A DNA stretch of 64,000 bases from Escherichia coli (GTDB lineage: Bacteria > Pseudomonadota > Gammaproteobacteria > Enterobacterales > Enterobacteriaceae), in NCBI RefSeq assembly GCF_017348835.2, contig NZ_CP071375.1. One strand, given 5' to 3'. The notes below the pieces were generated by a model that saw only the letters and a program-made list of their open reading frames with translations, was not told where the DNA came from and searched no databases. The first letter of the stretch is position 1; each line of letters begins with the position of its first letter. Below are positions 1-14,590 of the stretch, piece after piece. The position numbers were made by a program, and so were the translations under genes.

Positions 1-51
1 GTTCTCGGTAAATTCACTTTCCGCATTGCGTATTTTCGTCAGGTACAACAT
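1..51 (-). CDS. murR: MurR (RpiR-family repressor of murQP), N-terminal fragment running off the window edge
   Basis: Reverse-strand ATG at 49-51 reads MLYLTKI..., divergent from murQ as in K-12; only 17 codons visible. Confidence 0.45.
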   Translation of the reverse strand, partial: MLYLTKIRNAESEFTEN

Positions 52-214
52 CTTCCACTCTCCTGGGCTGGCAGCAAAAATTCCGCTTAAGTTCTTATGA
101 CGCTCTTCACACTCTGCGAGTGTAGACTCAATGATTCCTTTAAGTCTGTCAATTCGGGATATATGATTCCATACATCTGCAATTATTTGATCGTAAATAG
201 TAAGGTCACCACCG
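52..214. promoter_or_regulatory. murR/murQ divergent intergenic control region
   Basis: 163-bp gap between divergent starts; promoter/operator positions not resolved by eye. Confidence 0.35.
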
Positions 215-1111
215 ATGCAACTTGAAAAGATGATTACCGAAGGCTCGAACGCCGCCTCGGCTGAAATTGACCGCGTATCAACGCTGGAAATGTGCCGGAT
301 TATCAACGATGAAGATAAAACCGTACCGCTTGCCGTTGAGCGCGTACTGCCGGATATCGCCGCGGCGATCGATGTTATCCACGCCCAGGTAAGCGGCGGC
401 GGTCGTCTGATTTATCTCGGTGCGGGAACATCCGGTCGTCTGGGGATTCTGGATGCCAGCGAATGTCCGCCCACCTACGGCGTGAAACCGGGTCTGGTAG
501 TTGGTTTGATTGCTGGAGGCGAATATGCCATTCAGCACGCGGTGGAAGGCGCTGAAGATAGCCGGGAAGGTGGTGTTAACGATCTGAAAAATATTAATTT
601 AACGGCACAGGATGTGGTGGTTGGTATTGCGGCCAGTGGTCGCACGCCGTATGTAATTGCCGGACTGGAATACGCACGCCAGCTCGGCTGCCGCACAGTG
701 GGAATTTCCTGTAATCCGGGGAGCGCCGTTTCAACCACCGCAGAGTTTGCCATTACACCGATTGTAGGTGCCGAAGTGGTTACCGGTTCTTCGCGGATGA
801 AAGCAGGTACAGCGCAGAAACTGGTGCTCAATATGCTCTCCACCGGGCTGATGATTAAATCCGGCAAAGTGTTCGGCAACCTGATGGTCGATGTGGTCGC
901 CACCAACGAAAAACTGCATGTGCGCCAGGTCAATATCGTTAAAAACGCCACCGGATGTAATGCCGAACAAGCGGAAGCGGCGTTAATTGCCTGCGAGCGC
1001 AACTGTAAAACGGCCATTGTGATGGTGCTGAAAAATCTCGATGCCACAGAAGCTAAAAAACGCCTGGATCAACACGGCGGCTTTATTCGTCAGGTTTTAG
1101 ACAAGGAATAA
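215..1111 (+). CDS. murQ: N-acetylmuramic acid 6-phosphate etherase
   Basis: 298-aa ORF with SIS-domain etherase sequence; conserved position before murP. Confidence 0.93.
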   Translation: MQLEKMITEGSNAASAEIDRVSTLEMCRIINDEDKTVPLAVERVLPDIAAAIDVIHAQVSGGGRLIYLGAGTSGRLGILDASECPPTYGVKPGLVVGLIAGGEYAIQHAVEGAEDSREGGVNDLKNINLTAQDVVVGIAASGRTPYVIAGLEYARQLGCRTVGISCNPGSAVSTTAEFAITPIVGAEVVTGSSRMKAGTAQKLVLNMLSTGLMIKSGKVFGNLMVDVVATNEKLHVRQVNIVKNATGCNAEQAEAALIACERNCKTAIVMVLKNLDATEAKKRLDQHGGFIRQVLDKE

Positions 1112-1114
1112 CCC

Positions 1115-2539
<1,425 letters not shown>

Positions 2540-2543
2540 TATT

Positions 2544-3848
2544 ATGAAACGGACAATGCTCTATCTTTCTCTGCTGGCTGTCAGTTGTAGCGTCAGCGCC
2601 GCAAAATACCCTGTTCTGACAGAAAGTTCGCCAGAGAAAGCAGGGTTCAACGTCGAACGGCTTAACCAGATGGATCGCTGGATTAGCCAGCAAGTGGACG
2701 CCGGTTATCCCGGCGTAAACCTGCTGATTATAAAAGATAATCAGATTGTGTATCGCAAAGCCTGGGGAGCGGCGAAAAAGTACGATGGCAGCGTATTGAT
2801 GGAACAGCCTGTCAAAGCCACCACCGGGACGCTGTATGACCTGGCTTCCAATACCAAAATGTACGCCACTAACTTTGCTCTGCAAAAGCTAATGAGCGAA
2901 GGCAAGCTGCATCCTGACGATCGGATTGCGAAATATATTTCGGGGTTTGCCGATAGTCCAAATGACACCATCAAAGGCAAAAACACGCTGCGGATTTCTG
3001 ACCTGCTGCATCACAGCGGCGGTTTCCCGGCGGACCCACAATATCCGAATAAAGCGGTCGCGGGCGCGTTATATTCCCAGGATAAAGGCCAGACGCTGGA
3101 GATGATCAAGCGCACGCCGCTAGAGTATCAGCCCGGCAGCAAGCATATTTACAGTGATGTCGATTATATGCTGCTTGGATTTATCGTCGAGTCGGTCACC
3201 GGTCAGCCGCTTGACCGCTATGTTGAAGAGTCGATTTATCGCCCGCTCGGCCTGACACATACGGTATTTAACCCGCTGCTGAAAGGCTTTAAACCGCAAC
3301 AAATTGCCGCCACGGAATTGAACGGCAATACCCGCGATGGAGTGATCCACTTCCCGAATATCCGCACCTCCACTCTCTGGGGTCAGGTGCACGATGAAAA
3401 AGCCTTTTATTCGATGGGCGGCGTTTCCGGGCACGCAGGTTTGTTTTCCAATACCGGCGATATTGCGGTGTTAATGCAAACGATGCTGAACGGCGGGGGC
3501 TATGGCGATGTGCAGCTGTTCAGTGCGGAAACGGTGAAGATGTTCACCACCAGCTCTAAGGAAGATGCCACTTTTGGCCTCGGCTGGCGCGTGAATGGTA
3601 ATGCCACCATGACGCCGACGTTTGGCACGCTGGCAAGCCCGCAAACCTACGGTCACACTGGCTGGACCGGAACGGTGACCGTTATCGATCCGGTGAATCA
3701 TATGGCGATTGTGATGTTAAGCAACAAGCCACATTCGCCGGTTGCCGATCCGCAAAAGAATCCCAATATGTTCGAAAGCGGTCAGCTGCCGATTGCAACG
3801 TATGGTTGGGTAGTTGATCAGGTGTATGCGGCGTTAAAGCAAAAGTAA
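2544..3848 (+). CDS. yfeW: Penicillin-binding protein 4B-like serine hydrolase (beta-lactamase fold)
   Basis: ORF 2457-3848 trimmed to ATG 2544 (MKRTMLYLSLLAV signal peptide), which sits just after the murP stop. Confidence 0.88.
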   Translation: MKRTMLYLSLLAVSCSVSAAKYPVLTESSPEKAGFNVERLNQMDRWISQQVDAGYPGVNLLIIKDNQIVYRKAWGAAKKYDGSVLMEQPVKATTGTLYDLASNTKMYATNFALQKLMSEGKLHPDDRIAKYISGFADSPNDTIKGKNTLRISDLLHHSGGFPADPQYPNKAVAGALYSQDKGQTLEMIKRTPLEYQPGSKHIYSDVDYMLLGFIVESVTGQPLDRYVEESIYRPLGLTHTVFNPLLKGFKPQQIAATELNGNTRDGVIHFPNIRTSTLWGQVHDEKAFYSMGGVSGHAGLFSNTGDIAVLMQTMLNGGGYGDVQLFSAETVKMFTTSSKEDATFGLGWRVNGNATMTPTFGTLASPQTYGHTGWTGTVTVIDPVNHMAIVMLSNKPHSPVADPQKNPNMFESGQLPIATYGWVVDQVYAALKQK

Positions 3849-3850
3849 TA

Positions 3851-3886
3851 AAAAGGCCAGTCAGTAATGTTACTGCCTGGCCTTTA
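3851..3886. terminator. Bidirectional intrinsic terminator between convergent yfeW and yfeX
   Basis: Hairpin ggccagtcagtaa..ttactgcctggcc flanked by an A-run upstream and T-run downstream. Confidence 0.6.
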
Positions 3887-3905
3887 ATCAATGAATCAGA
3901 AACGC

Positions 3906-4889
<984 letters not shown>

Positions 4890-4900
4890 TCAGACGCAAA

Positions 4901-5476
4901 TTAACGCCGCCAGATAATTTTACTGACTTTCCAGTTTTTCAGGGTATCGTCCGAAGGCATTAACCCTTCAGGACCACTCCATTCCCCGCTGAACTGGTAG
5001 CTAATATGTTGACTGCCTTCGGCTTTACATTCGACGGCACGATTATCATCACCATCAGCTTTTTGGCAATTGCCAAATGCTTTGCTGTAAAGGTCGCTAA
5101 ACGGTGTACCGATTTTAACACCGGTGTCAGCAGGAATATCGCTATCCAGCACGTCAATGCGACTGATCGTGCCTTGATCGCCGTTAATCACCATCGCCAC
5201 GTTGTCGCCCTTCATCACTTCAAAAAAGCGCACCACGTTGCCGTTCGCGGTTTTCATTCCGCTGCGCAGGCGATAATCGCCATCAAGCGCATCGGCAATG
5301 GCTTGTTCTTGCAGTGGTGTGGACGCCGTTAATTCACCAACGCCCTGCTCGCTCACTTTGGTGGACGACCCAAACCAGTTCCACGGGTTAGCGGCAGACC
5401 AGTTAACTGACGACATCGTGGAACAGCCGGTCAGCATCAATGGCATAGCGCATAACATTAAACGCAGCGATTTCAT
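4901..5476 (-). CDS. yfeY: Lipoprotein YfeY
   Basis: 191-aa ORF with lipobox LTGC near N-terminus. Confidence 0.85.
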   Translation of the reverse strand: MKSLRLMLCAMPLMLTGCSTMSSVNWSAANPWNWFGSSTKVSEQGVGELTASTPLQEQAIADALDGDYRLRSGMKTANGNVVRFFEVMKGDNVAMVINGDQGTISRIDVLDSDIPADTGVKIGTPFSDLYSKAFGNCQKADGDDNRAVECKAEGSQHISYQFSGEWSGPEGLMPSDDTLKNWKVSKIIWRR

Positions 5477-5536
5477 GTCACTTCCTTTGGTTATTCAATA
5501 ACGTTGCTTGGAGTGCAAATTCACCAAAAAGTGCCG

Positions 5537-5986
5537 TTATTCTTTTACTTCATTAAAACAAGCGCGTAAACGTCGATTGGTCAGCAGCCAGATTAATGCC
5601 ACAATATCCGCCACTACCAGCGCCAGACCGAAACCGCTAACGGATTCACCGTTCAGCCACAGCCACGGTTGCCAGCAAAGTAAAACCACTTGCGCCAACA
5701 GCAACAGAAAATAGAGCACATGCCAGATACGGGGAAACGAAGCCCGCCGACCACTCAGCAAAAACGCCAGCACCGCCGGAATGCCAGGAATCAGCCCCAG
5801 CCAGAAATTATCGTGATCGGGATAAAACAGATTTAGCAGCGCAGTACCCTGCTCGCGCGACGCACCGGCAATAACAAACAGCACCCAGGTTCGCGCCTGA
5901 AGCAATAGCACAAGCCAGAAGAGCAAGGGTAAACGCAGGCGACCGTGCGCATCATAATGGACAGGATGAAACTCAGTACTCTTCAT
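5537..5986 (-). CDS. yfeZ: Inner membrane protein YfeZ
   Basis: Hydrophobic ORF; first ATG at 5984-5986 (the track start is TTG). Confidence 0.8.
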
Positions 5987-6398
5987 CTTCAATCAAACGC
6001 TTACCCAGACTCAGCACGTCGGCGTGTTCATATCCCAGGCGTTCATACATTCCGAGCACCATGTCGTTATCTTCCGGCACGTTGATCTGAATTTTCGGGC
6101 AGCCGCGAGCAATCAGCTTTTTCTCCAGCCGGTTAAGCAACGCATTGGCAATTCCACGCCCACGAAACTCTGGATGCACGCCAAGATAATAAGCAGACCC
6201 GCGATGCCCGTCATAACCGCCCATCACCGTTCCGACCACTTCACCGTTCACCTCAGCGACCAGAAACAAACTGACGTCATGGTTCATCTTACGCTCGATG
6301 TCCATTTCCGGATCGTTCCACGGACGCAGCAAGTCGCAACGCTCCCAAAGGGTGATGACCTCTTCGAAATCTTCCTGGCGAAATACGCGTATCTCCAT
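5973..6398 (-). CDS. ypeA: GNAT family N-acetyltransferase
   Basis: ORF trimmed to ATG 6396-6398 ([14 protein letters not shown]...); GNAT motif [10 protein letters not shown]; 141 aa. Confidence 0.88.
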
Positions 6399-6611
6399 GG
6401 TATTCGTTACCTTTTTGCGGGTTAAAAGGCTGATTATGGCGTGAACGGTCGAATTAGCCAATATCTGACGAAAATCGGTTGAAAAAGTGGCATAATGGGG
6501 AGTTGTCAACTATTGAAATGAAAAGTAAAACAATTCTCAACAGCAAACGGTCGTAACGGATTACGCGATACGATATAACATCTGGAACTTTATTATTACA
6601 ACTCAGGCCGT

Positions 6612-7481
6612 ATGAGCACTTTTAAACCACTAAAAACACTCACTTCGCGCCGCCAGGTGCTGAAAGCCGGTTTGGCTGCCCTGACGTTGTCAGGAATGTC
6701 GCAAGCCATCGCCAAAGACGAACCTTTAAAAACCAGCAACGGACACAGCAAGCCGAAAGCCAAAAAATCTGGCGGCAAACGTGTCGTTGTTCTCGATCCA
6801 GGCCACGGCGGAATTGATACCGGAGCGATCGGGCGCAACGGTTCGAAAGAAAAACATGTGGTGCTGGCGATTGCTAAAAACGTCCGTTCCATTTTGCGTA
6901 ATCATGGGATTGATGCGCGTTTAACGCGTTCTGGCGATACGTTTATCCCACTTTACGATCGCGTTGAAATCGCCCATAAACATGGCGCAGATCTGTTTAT
7001 GTCAATTCATGCCGATGGCTTTACCAACCCGAAAGCTGCCGGTGCTTCGGTATTTGCCCTCTCTAACCGTGGGGCAAGTAGCGCAATGGCGAAATACCTG
7101 TCTGAACGCGAAAACCGCGCCGATGAAGTTGCCGGTAAAAAGGCGACTGACAAGGATCACCTATTGCAGCAAGTGCTGTTTGATCTGGTGCAAACCGATA
7201 CTATTAAAAACAGCCTGACGCTCGGCTCGCATATTCTGAAAAAGATTAAGCCGGTGCATAAACTGCACAGCCGCAACACCGAACAAGCCGCGTTTGTGGT
7301 GTTGAAATCGCCGTCGGTTCCTTCGGTGCTGGTGGAAACCTCGTTTATCACCAACCCAGAAGAAGAGCGACTGTTAGGCACGGCGGCGTTTCGTCAGAAA
7401 ATCGCCACAGCGATTGCTGAAGGCGTGATCAGTTATTTCCACTGGTTCGACAACCAGAAAGCACATTCGAAAAAGCGATAA
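6612..7481 (+). CDS. amiA: N-acetylmuramoyl-L-alanine amidase A (Tat-exported)
   Basis: 289-aa ORF with twin-arginine signal SRRQVLKAGLAALTL and amidase_3 domain. Confidence 0.93.
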   Translation: MSTFKPLKTLTSRRQVLKAGLAALTLSGMSQAIAKDEPLKTSNGHSKPKAKKSGGKRVVVLDPGHGGIDTGAIGRNGSKEKHVVLAIAKNVRSILRNHGIDARLTRSGDTFIPLYDRVEIAHKHGADLFMSIHADGFTNPKAAGASVFALSNRGASSAMAKYLSERENRADEVAGKKATDKDHLLQQVLFDLVQTDTIKNSLTLGSHILKKIKPVHKLHSRNTEQAAFVVLKSPSVPSVLVETSFITNPEEERLLGTAAFRQKIATAIAEGVISYFHWFDNQKAHSKKR

Positions 7482-8384
<903 letters not shown>

Positions 8385-8389
8385 CTCCC

Positions 8390-9442
8390 TCACCCCCATT
8401 CCCGCATCCGCTGATGCAACGTCAACGACGGCTTCTCGGCAAACAGCTGCTGGTAATCCGTGGCAAATTGCCCCAGATGCCAGAATCCCCACTGCATGGC
8501 GGCGTCTTTTACCGTTGTGCTTTGCGACCACGGGCTTATCAGTTCGCGGCGTACGGCGTTCAGGCGAATGCGTTTCAGCCACGCGTTTGGGCCAATGCCT
8601 AAAATAGCGTGAAACGCGTTTTGTAGCGTGCGGCGGCTGACATGCAGTTGATTACACAAATCCAGCACCGTCACCGGTTCGGACATGTTTTCCAGCACAT
8701 ATTCACGGGCGCGGGAAAGTAATCTACGGTAACTCTGATGACTGATGCTTTCCGCCGTCACCATTGGTTGCGCTTCTTCCAGCATCGCCCCCATCGCCAT
8801 TAGCAAATTATCCCCCAGCACTTTTCGCACTGCAGGCTGATGAAGATTTTCCGGGTTCTCGCAAAACGTCGCCAGCGCCTGTTGGACAAAGCCCCACAGC
8901 GCGGCTTTATGCTGCTCTTTCACTTCCAGCGCCGACTGGCTACGCAACATATGTAATACCCGATCCGGATTATGCAAAAAGTTAGCCTGACGGGTGATGA
9001 CATCTTCAGAAAGCACTACGCCCAGGATCGTGTAATCGTCCGGCGTACTTAATTCAAACTCGGTTCCACCAGGGCGCGTCGCTATTTCTGCGCTTCCCAG
9101 ACATTGCGAACCGATAAATCCCTGCTCACCGCGCGTCGCCGGAATGCCAAACCAGAACGAGTTCGGCCAGACCAGACACGACTGACGCAGCGCCAGACCG
9201 GTGTATTCACGAAAAACCTGAATATCATCGAGTAGAATTTCCGTAAATTCACCATGAAACTTGCCCGGATGCAGCTGATCGTAAATCTGCTGCCAGGCGG
9301 TAATCGTTAAAGCATGTTCATAGACATCCGTTGTCTGTCGTTGATGAACATTATCCACTTCGACCTTCGGCGTGAGCTTCAGGTTTTCGGGTAAGGGCTC
9401 ATGATAAAGATGGTGCAAATTGGCTGTACGGGTCTTTTTCAT
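8390..9442 (-). CDS. eutR: AraC-family transcriptional activator of the eut operon
   Basis: 350-aa ORF with C-terminal AraC HTH; last gene of eut cluster. Confidence 0.92.
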   Translation of the reverse strand: MKKTRTANLHHLYHEPLPENLKLTPKVEVDNVHQRQTTDVYEHALTITAWQQIYDQLHPGKFHGEFTEILLDDIQVFREYTGLALRQSCLVWPNSFWFGIPATRGEQGFIGSQCLGSAEIATRPGGTEFELSTPDDYTILGVVLSEDVITRQANFLHNPDRVLHMLRSQSALEVKEQHKAALWGFVQQALATFCENPENLHQPAVRKVLGDNLLMAMGAMLEEAQPMVTAESISHQSYRRLLSRAREYVLENMSEPVTVLDLCNQLHVSRRTLQNAFHAILGIGPNAWLKRIRLNAVRRELISPWSQSTTVKDAAMQWGFWHLGQFATDYQQLFAEKPSLTLHQRMREWG

Positions 9443-9487
9443 GATGTTAATGCCGGGTGTTGTAGGACACCCGGCACCTCCGACAGG

Positions 9488-9988
9488 TTAATGGGGCTTG
9501 AGACGATAACGACTACTGCGTTTACGTAACGTCCCGGCAGAAAAGAGCTGTTCGAGCGCATTTCTGGCTTTTTCCAGCGGCCAGCCAAAGTGGGCAGCCA
9601 CTTCTCCTGCCGTCATTCCCTGACGTACTGATGTTAACAGCGCCAACAACTCGTCAGCAGATTCCGCGACGATAACTGGCGCGTCGGGTTCCTGTACGGG
9701 TTGCTTCGGCTGGCGGTTAAAGCCAGTAACCAGCCACTGGGTGTCATCGTCTGGCCGACCGATCTCCTTACGGCTGATGACACGCCCGGTACGCATCGCG
9801 GCAGCACAACCTGCGTCCAGCGCAGCACGACACGCCGCCAGATCGCCTTCCACCACCAGCGTTAAGCGACCAGGGTCAAGCACTTCGTGACTGAGCAGAC
9901 GAACGTTAGCTGCTTTGAGCATGGCATCCGCTGCATCTATCGCAGCGACCATGCCGTCCACTTCCAGCAATCCCAGTGCATTGATCAT
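9488..9988 (-). CDS. eutK: Microcompartment shell protein EutK
   Basis: BMC domain N-terminus (MINALGLLEVDGM...); ATG 9986-9988 with GGAGG RBS. Confidence 0.9.
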   Translation of the reverse strand: MINALGLLEVDGMVAAIDAADAMLKAANVRLLSHEVLDPGRLTLVVEGDLAACRAALDAGCAAAMRTGRVISRKEIGRPDDDTQWLVTGFNRQPKQPVQEPDAPVIVAESADELLALLTSVRQGMTAGEVAAHFGWPLEKARNALEQLFSAGTLRKRSSRYRLKPH

Positions 9989-10000
9989 CGGCAACCTCCA

Positions 10001-10660
10001 TTACGCACGCTGGATTGGATTACGCGCGATTTCCAGCACTGCATCGGTAAAGGCGTTACAGGCCGCTTTACACGCTGCCTGGCTACCGGTTAAAAATGCT
10101 GCCGAGTAGTTAGTTTCAGACGGTGGCGGGACATAGGTCACCAGCTGTACGTCGGCAGATTTCAACGCTGCATCAATGCCGTAGGTCGCTTCCAGCGGCG
10201 GTGCCACCAGATACGCCATCGGATCGCCAAGCGTGATCCCGGCGGTTGATGAGAGATAAGAACCGGTACGCGAAACTACATGTGCCAGGAATGCCGTATC
10301 TTGCGCATCATTAGCCCACTGGAAAGCAGCGCCATTTTCAATATGCGCAACCATCGCATCCAGACCTGCACGCACTTCCGCCGGGTTTGGCCCACCAAGC
10401 ATAATCAGCACTTCACCGGCAGTCGGTGACGGGCCGTGTGCAGCGCCCGCATACAGCGAGCGGCCATACACCACTTCGACCATCGCCTGTTTGGTTGCTT
10501 CATCAGCGGCAATGTAGGTGACGTCATCGGAATCAGCAGAAATCAGCCCGAGGCTACGAATATGCGGCGGCAATTTCAGTTCACGCGCAAATTCGGCGTT
10601 AACGGAGGCAATCACCCGCATGGCGGTTACCGACGGTCGAATCAAATCTAAAGCTGGCAT
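10001..10660 (-). CDS. eutL: Microcompartment shell protein EutL (tandem BMC domain)
   Basis: 219-aa ORF in conserved eut position. Confidence 0.92.
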   Translation of the reverse strand: MPALDLIRPSVTAMRVIASVNAEFARELKLPPHIRSLGLISADSDDVTYIAADEATKQAMVEVVYGRSLYAGAAHGPSPTAGEVLIMLGGPNPAEVRAGLDAMVAHIENGAAFQWANDAQDTAFLAHVVSRTGSYLSSTAGITLGDPMAYLVAPPLEATYGIDAALKSADVQLVTYVPPPSETNYSAAFLTGSQAACKAACNAFTDAVLEIARNPIQRA

Positions 10661-10669
10661 GATGCCTCC

Positions 10670-11557
10670 TTATCGGGTCATGTTGATGCCGGATGCTTTC
10701 TGCTCCAGCATACGTTTCGCCAAATCCACAATGACGGCTGCGGCTTCAACCGGCGGCGTGCCGCCCTGGTGAATGTTAGAGATACAGGTGCGATCGGCCT
10801 CAACGGTGGTCGCCATACGCGGCGAGTAAACGGCGTAGCAGGAGAGGCTTTCTGACTGACCCAACCCCGGACGTTCGCCCACCAGCAGGATCACTACTTT
10901 CGCGCCGAGGATCTCACCGATCTGATCTTCAATCTTCACGCGACCATAACGAACAAAGAATGGTGTACCGACTTTCAGCCCGGCCTGTTTCAGGCCCGCC
11001 ATCAGCGGTGGCAGGATCTCTTCGTAGTTCACGGTGATCGCATCAGTTGACAGGCCATCAGAAATAACGACCTGTACGTCCGGATTAGCAACACACTGTG
11101 CTTTCAGCGCTTCAACAGCTTCTGCACACAGGCGGCGGCCCATATCCGGGCGAGTCAGGTAGAGATTTTTGTCGCTAATTTCGGAGCGTACTTCCAGCAA
11201 GCCCTGCGCTTTCACCCACTCTTCCGGCACTTCTTTCAGTACGGTATCTTTCGAACGAGAGTGATCGGCCAGGAAACGCAGCAGCGCCTGGGTACGCGGA
11301 CGCGGACCGGCACGACCGGTACAAACGCGGGCCACGGTGCTGCGGCGCAGTTCTGTTAATACGTCTGCGCGATGCGGGTTTTCAACACCAATCCACGCTT
11401 TTGCTTCAGCGGAACCTAAATCCAGCGCACAGCTTTCCGAGGTCACCGGTGCCGCACAGGTGGTAGTGGCGCACTTTGCTTCTGACGGCGCGGGGGCCGT
11501 TTGTCCCATTGACGCCATCACGCTGCGTACAATTTCTTCAATCTGTTTTTGATCCAT
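10670..11557 (-). CDS. eutC: Ethanolamine ammonia-lyase small subunit
   Basis: 295-aa ORF directly downstream of eutB. Confidence 0.93.
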   Translation of the reverse strand: MDQKQIEEIVRSVMASMGQTAPAPSEAKCATTTCAAPVTSESCALDLGSAEAKAWIGVENPHRADVLTELRRSTVARVCTGRAGPRPRTQALLRFLADHSRSKDTVLKEVPEEWVKAQGLLEVRSEISDKNLYLTRPDMGRRLCAEAVEALKAQCVANPDVQVVISDGLSTDAITVNYEEILPPLMAGLKQAGLKVGTPFFVRYGRVKIEDQIGEILGAKVVILLVGERPGLGQSESLSCYAVYSPRMATTVEADRTCISNIHQGGTPPVEAAAVIVDLAKRMLEQKASGINMTR

Positions 11558-11577
11558 GATGTGTTATCTCCGCGTCA

Positions 11578-12939
11578 TCAGAAGAACAGTGACGGATCGC
11601 CCGCCCGTTTGGTCAGGCGACCGTTTGCCATAATGCCCATGCTTTCCAGCCAGCGTTCAAACTCCGGTGACGGGCGCAGGTTGAGTAACTGACGCACAGT
11701 GGCGGTATCGTGGAATGCGGTGGTCTGGTAATTGAGCATGATGTCATCACCCAGCGGCATCCCCATGATGTAGTTGCAGCCTGCGGTGGCGAGCAGGATC
11801 ATCAGGTTTTCGTTGAGGTTCTGGTCAGCGTCAGCGTGGTTGGTGTAACAGCAGTCACAGCCCATAGAGATGCCGCTCAGCTTGCCCATAAAGTGATCTT
11901 CTAAGCCCGCACGAATAATCTGGCGGTCATTGTAGAGATACTCCGGCCCAATAAAGCCGACCACGGTGTTGACGATAAACGGATCGTAATGACGCGCCAG
12001 CCCGTAGTTACGCGCTTCCATGGTCACCTGGTCTGCGCCGTAGTTGGCACCCGCCGACAGCGCCGAACCTTGCCCGGTTTCGAAGTAGAGGCAGTTTTCC
12101 CCGGCGATACGGTTGAACTCTGCACCCACTGCGCGCGCTTCGTCGAGCATCGCCAGTTCCACGCCAAACTCTTTCAGCCCTTTTTCACTGCCACAGATAC
12201 TCTGGAAAATCAGCCCGCCTGGTGCGCCACGACGAATCGCTTCGATCTGGGTGGTGACGTGCGCCAGTACGCAGCCCTGAGTTGGGATGTTGAATTTGTC
12301 GATCACGCCATAGATGGTGTCCAGCACGCGGCTTAAGTTTTCCACGTCGTCAGTTACCGGGTTGACGCCGATCACCGCATCGCCCACCCCGAAGGAAAGC
12401 CCTTCGTAGATTTGCGCGGCGATACTTTGCACGTCGTCACGGGTGTCATTTGGCTGCAAACGGGCGCTAAAGGTGCCCGGAATACCGATGGTGGTATTGG
12501 CCTTTTTGATTACCGGCATTTTCTTCGCGCCGTAGATCAGGTCCGCGTTGGAGCAAATCTTCGCTACCGCCGCGACCACTTCCGAGGTCAGCCCTTTGCG
12601 GGTAAAGGCAATGTCGTCCACGCTGGTTTCATCGCTCAGCACATACTCACGCAGTTCGCTGATGCTCCAGTTTTTAATCTGGTTGTAGGCCGTTTCGTTA
12701 ACATCGTCCTGAATCAGCCGCGTCACGCAGTCATCTTCATAGGCAATCACCGGATTATTGCGGATGTCCGCTACGGTCATTTCCGACAACACCTGCTTTG
12801 CTGCCACGCGCTCCTGTGAGCTTGCCGCTGCAACGCCCGCCAGCACATCCCCCGAACGCAGTTCGTTGGCTTTAGCCAGCACCTCTTTTACATCCTTAAA
12901 CTGATATACATTGCCGAACAATGTGGTCTTTAGTTTCAT
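11578..12939 (-). CDS. eutB: Ethanolamine ammonia-lyase large subunit
   Basis: ORF trimmed to ATG 12937-12939 (MKLKTTLFGNVYQF...); 453 aa. Confidence 0.93.
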   Translation of the reverse strand: MKLKTTLFGNVYQFKDVKEVLAKANELRSGDVLAGVAAASSQERVAAKQVLSEMTVADIRNNPVIAYEDDCVTRLIQDDVNETAYNQIKNWSISELREYVLSDETSVDDIAFTRKGLTSEVVAAVAKICSNADLIYGAKKMPVIKKANTTIGIPGTFSARLQPNDTRDDVQSIAAQIYEGLSFGVGDAVIGVNPVTDDVENLSRVLDTIYGVIDKFNIPTQGCVLAHVTTQIEAIRRGAPGGLIFQSICGSEKGLKEFGVELAMLDEARAVGAEFNRIAGENCLYFETGQGSALSAGANYGADQVTMEARNYGLARHYDPFIVNTVVGFIGPEYLYNDRQIIRAGLEDHFMGKLSGISMGCDCCYTNHADADQNLNENLMILLATAGCNYIMGMPLGDDIMLNYQTTAFHDTATVRQLLNLRPSPEFERWLESMGIMANGRLTKRAGDPSLFF

Positions 12940-13050
12940 AAGTCGTTCCCTCAGGAAGAAGTGATGAGTGACATTTTTCACAGCCTTCAAACAATTCTAT
13001 TTCATCGTTAACCCTTGTCCTGTAAGGTAATTACCTTAGTACGCCCGCTA

Positions 13051-13087
13051 TTCATCCTGCCGAACGCAACCGAACGCGCCGGATACA
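13051..13087. repeat. Left att-like imperfect direct repeat (ttcatcctgcc..N17..ccggataca)
   Basis: Shares the 11-bp and 9-bp arms at the same spacing with 22476-22511. Confidence 0.5.
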
Positions 13088-13127
13088 TGAGCGGGGTTAT
13101 CGAGTCGTTAGATCGAGGTATCCGGTT

Positions 13128-14333
13128 TTGAGCAAGACACCACTGACAGCAAAGGCCATAGAGGCCGCACAACCGCAGGACAAGCCCTATAAACTCACCG
13201 ATTCACAGACACCTGGCCTGTTTTTGCTGGTCCATCCCAACGGCAGCAAATACTGGCGATTCCGGTATTGGATAGACAAGAAGGAGCGGTTACAGGCTAT
13301 TGGGGTGTATCCGCTGATTAGCCTCAAGGAAGCCCGCAAACGCGCCACAGAGAGCCGTTTACTGATAGCCCAGGGAATTGACCCAATGGATTTGGCACGC
13401 AAGGAGAAAGCCATTGATGCTCTTAATGCTATCGCCAGTTTTAAAGCTGTAGCAGAAGACTGGATGGCTACCAAGGTGAGCGGATGGAGTGAGAGCTATA
13501 CAAAGCAGGTCAGATCGGCACTAGAGAAAGATGTTTACCCCGTGCTAGGTAAGCGGTCGATAGTGGATATAACGGCCCGTGACGTGCTGGCGTTACTACA
13601 GAAAAAGGAGCGCACCGCACCGGAACAAGCCAGGAAATTACGCCAGCGTATCGGGGAGATCTTCAAATTTGCCGTTATCACTGAACTGGTTAACCGGAAT
13701 CCGGTTGCAGATCTGGATACGGCACTGAAAGCCAGACGCCCAGGCCATAACGCGTGGATACCGATTAATGAAATTCCGGCCTTCTACAAAGCCCTTGAGA
13801 GAGCTGGGAGCGTTCAGATTCAGACGGCAATACTTTTGCTCATCCTCACAGCTTTGAGGACGGCAGAATTGCGCCTGATGCGCTGGGAATGGGTAGATCT
13901 GCAATCGGCAACAATCACATTGCCCGCTGAAGTCATGAAGGCCCGCCGACCGCATGTTGTCCCGCTATCCCGGCAGGCGGTCGAGCTATTACAGGACCAG
14001 TTTACCCGCAGCGGATACAGTGCTTTCGTCTTTCCTGGCCGATTCATGGACAAGCCACTTTCAGCCAGTGCCATCCTTAAAGCCCTGGAGCGTATCGGAT
14101 ACAAGTCGATAGCCACAGGCCACGGCTGGCGGACCACCTTTTCAACGGCGCTTAATGAGTCCGGCAGGTACTCACCAGACTGGATCGAAATCCAACTGGC
14201 CCACGTTCCGAAAGGCGTGCGCGGTGTTTATAACCAGGCGGCCTACCTGAAGCAACGACGGGCCATGATGCAGGATTATAGCGACTGTATTGATTCAATA
14301 CTGGCTGGTGACGGTAATCCACTTGAACCGTGA
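13128..14333 (+). CDS. intZ: P4-family tyrosine site-specific integrase
   Basis: 401-aa ORF; AP2-like N-terminal domain; C-terminal catalytic region with R..HGWR..Y signature (HGWRTTFSTAL, RGVYNQAAY); first island gene beside the left repeat. Confidence 0.88.
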   Translation: MSKTPLTAKAIEAAQPQDKPYKLTDSQTPGLFLLVHPNGSKYWRFRYWIDKKERLQAIGVYPLISLKEARKRATESRLLIAQGIDPMDLARKEKAIDALNAIASFKAVAEDWMATKVSGWSESYTKQVRSALEKDVYPVLGKRSIVDITARDVLALLQKKERTAPEQARKLRQRIGEIFKFAVITELVNRNPVADLDTALKARRPGHNAWIPINEIPAFYKALERAGSVQIQTAILLLILTALRTAELRLMRWEWVDLQSATITLPAEVMKARRPHVVPLSRQAVELLQDQFTRSGYSAFVFPGRFMDKPLSASAILKALERIGYKSIATGHGWRTTFSTALNESGRYSPDWIEIQLAHVPKGVRGVYNQAAYLKQRRAMMQDYSDCIDSILAGDGNPLEP

Positions 14334-14455
14334 ACTATAAGGCCGGGTTTATACTCAATATCGACGGTTGAAGCGCTCAAAAAACAACCGTGACAACCGT
14401 CACAAATATGCAATGTCAATGATCTGAATCAATAAATTGCCAATTCTTCGTTTCC

Positions 14456-14470
14456 ACTTTCGAATGAAAG
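14456..14470. repeat. 15-bp motif actttcgaatgaaag, copy 1 (internal inverted repeat ctttc/gaaag)
   Basis: Exact duplicate of 14591-14605. Confidence 0.7.
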
Positions 14471-14590
14471 CAAGATGCAGAAAAATAAATCACCATGAAA
14501 TCATGTACTTATTAATTTTGACCAAATGGTCCAAAATATCCTCGGTGAATCCATGCTTGCCACAGCCAGATGATTAATATTTAACCCATG

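Noticed and set aside
12940-13127. tRNA gene as integration target at the island border
   Set aside because: No cloverleaf-compatible sequence or tRNA-like conserved boxes seen; the element appears to have integrated into the eutA-eutB intergenic region instead.
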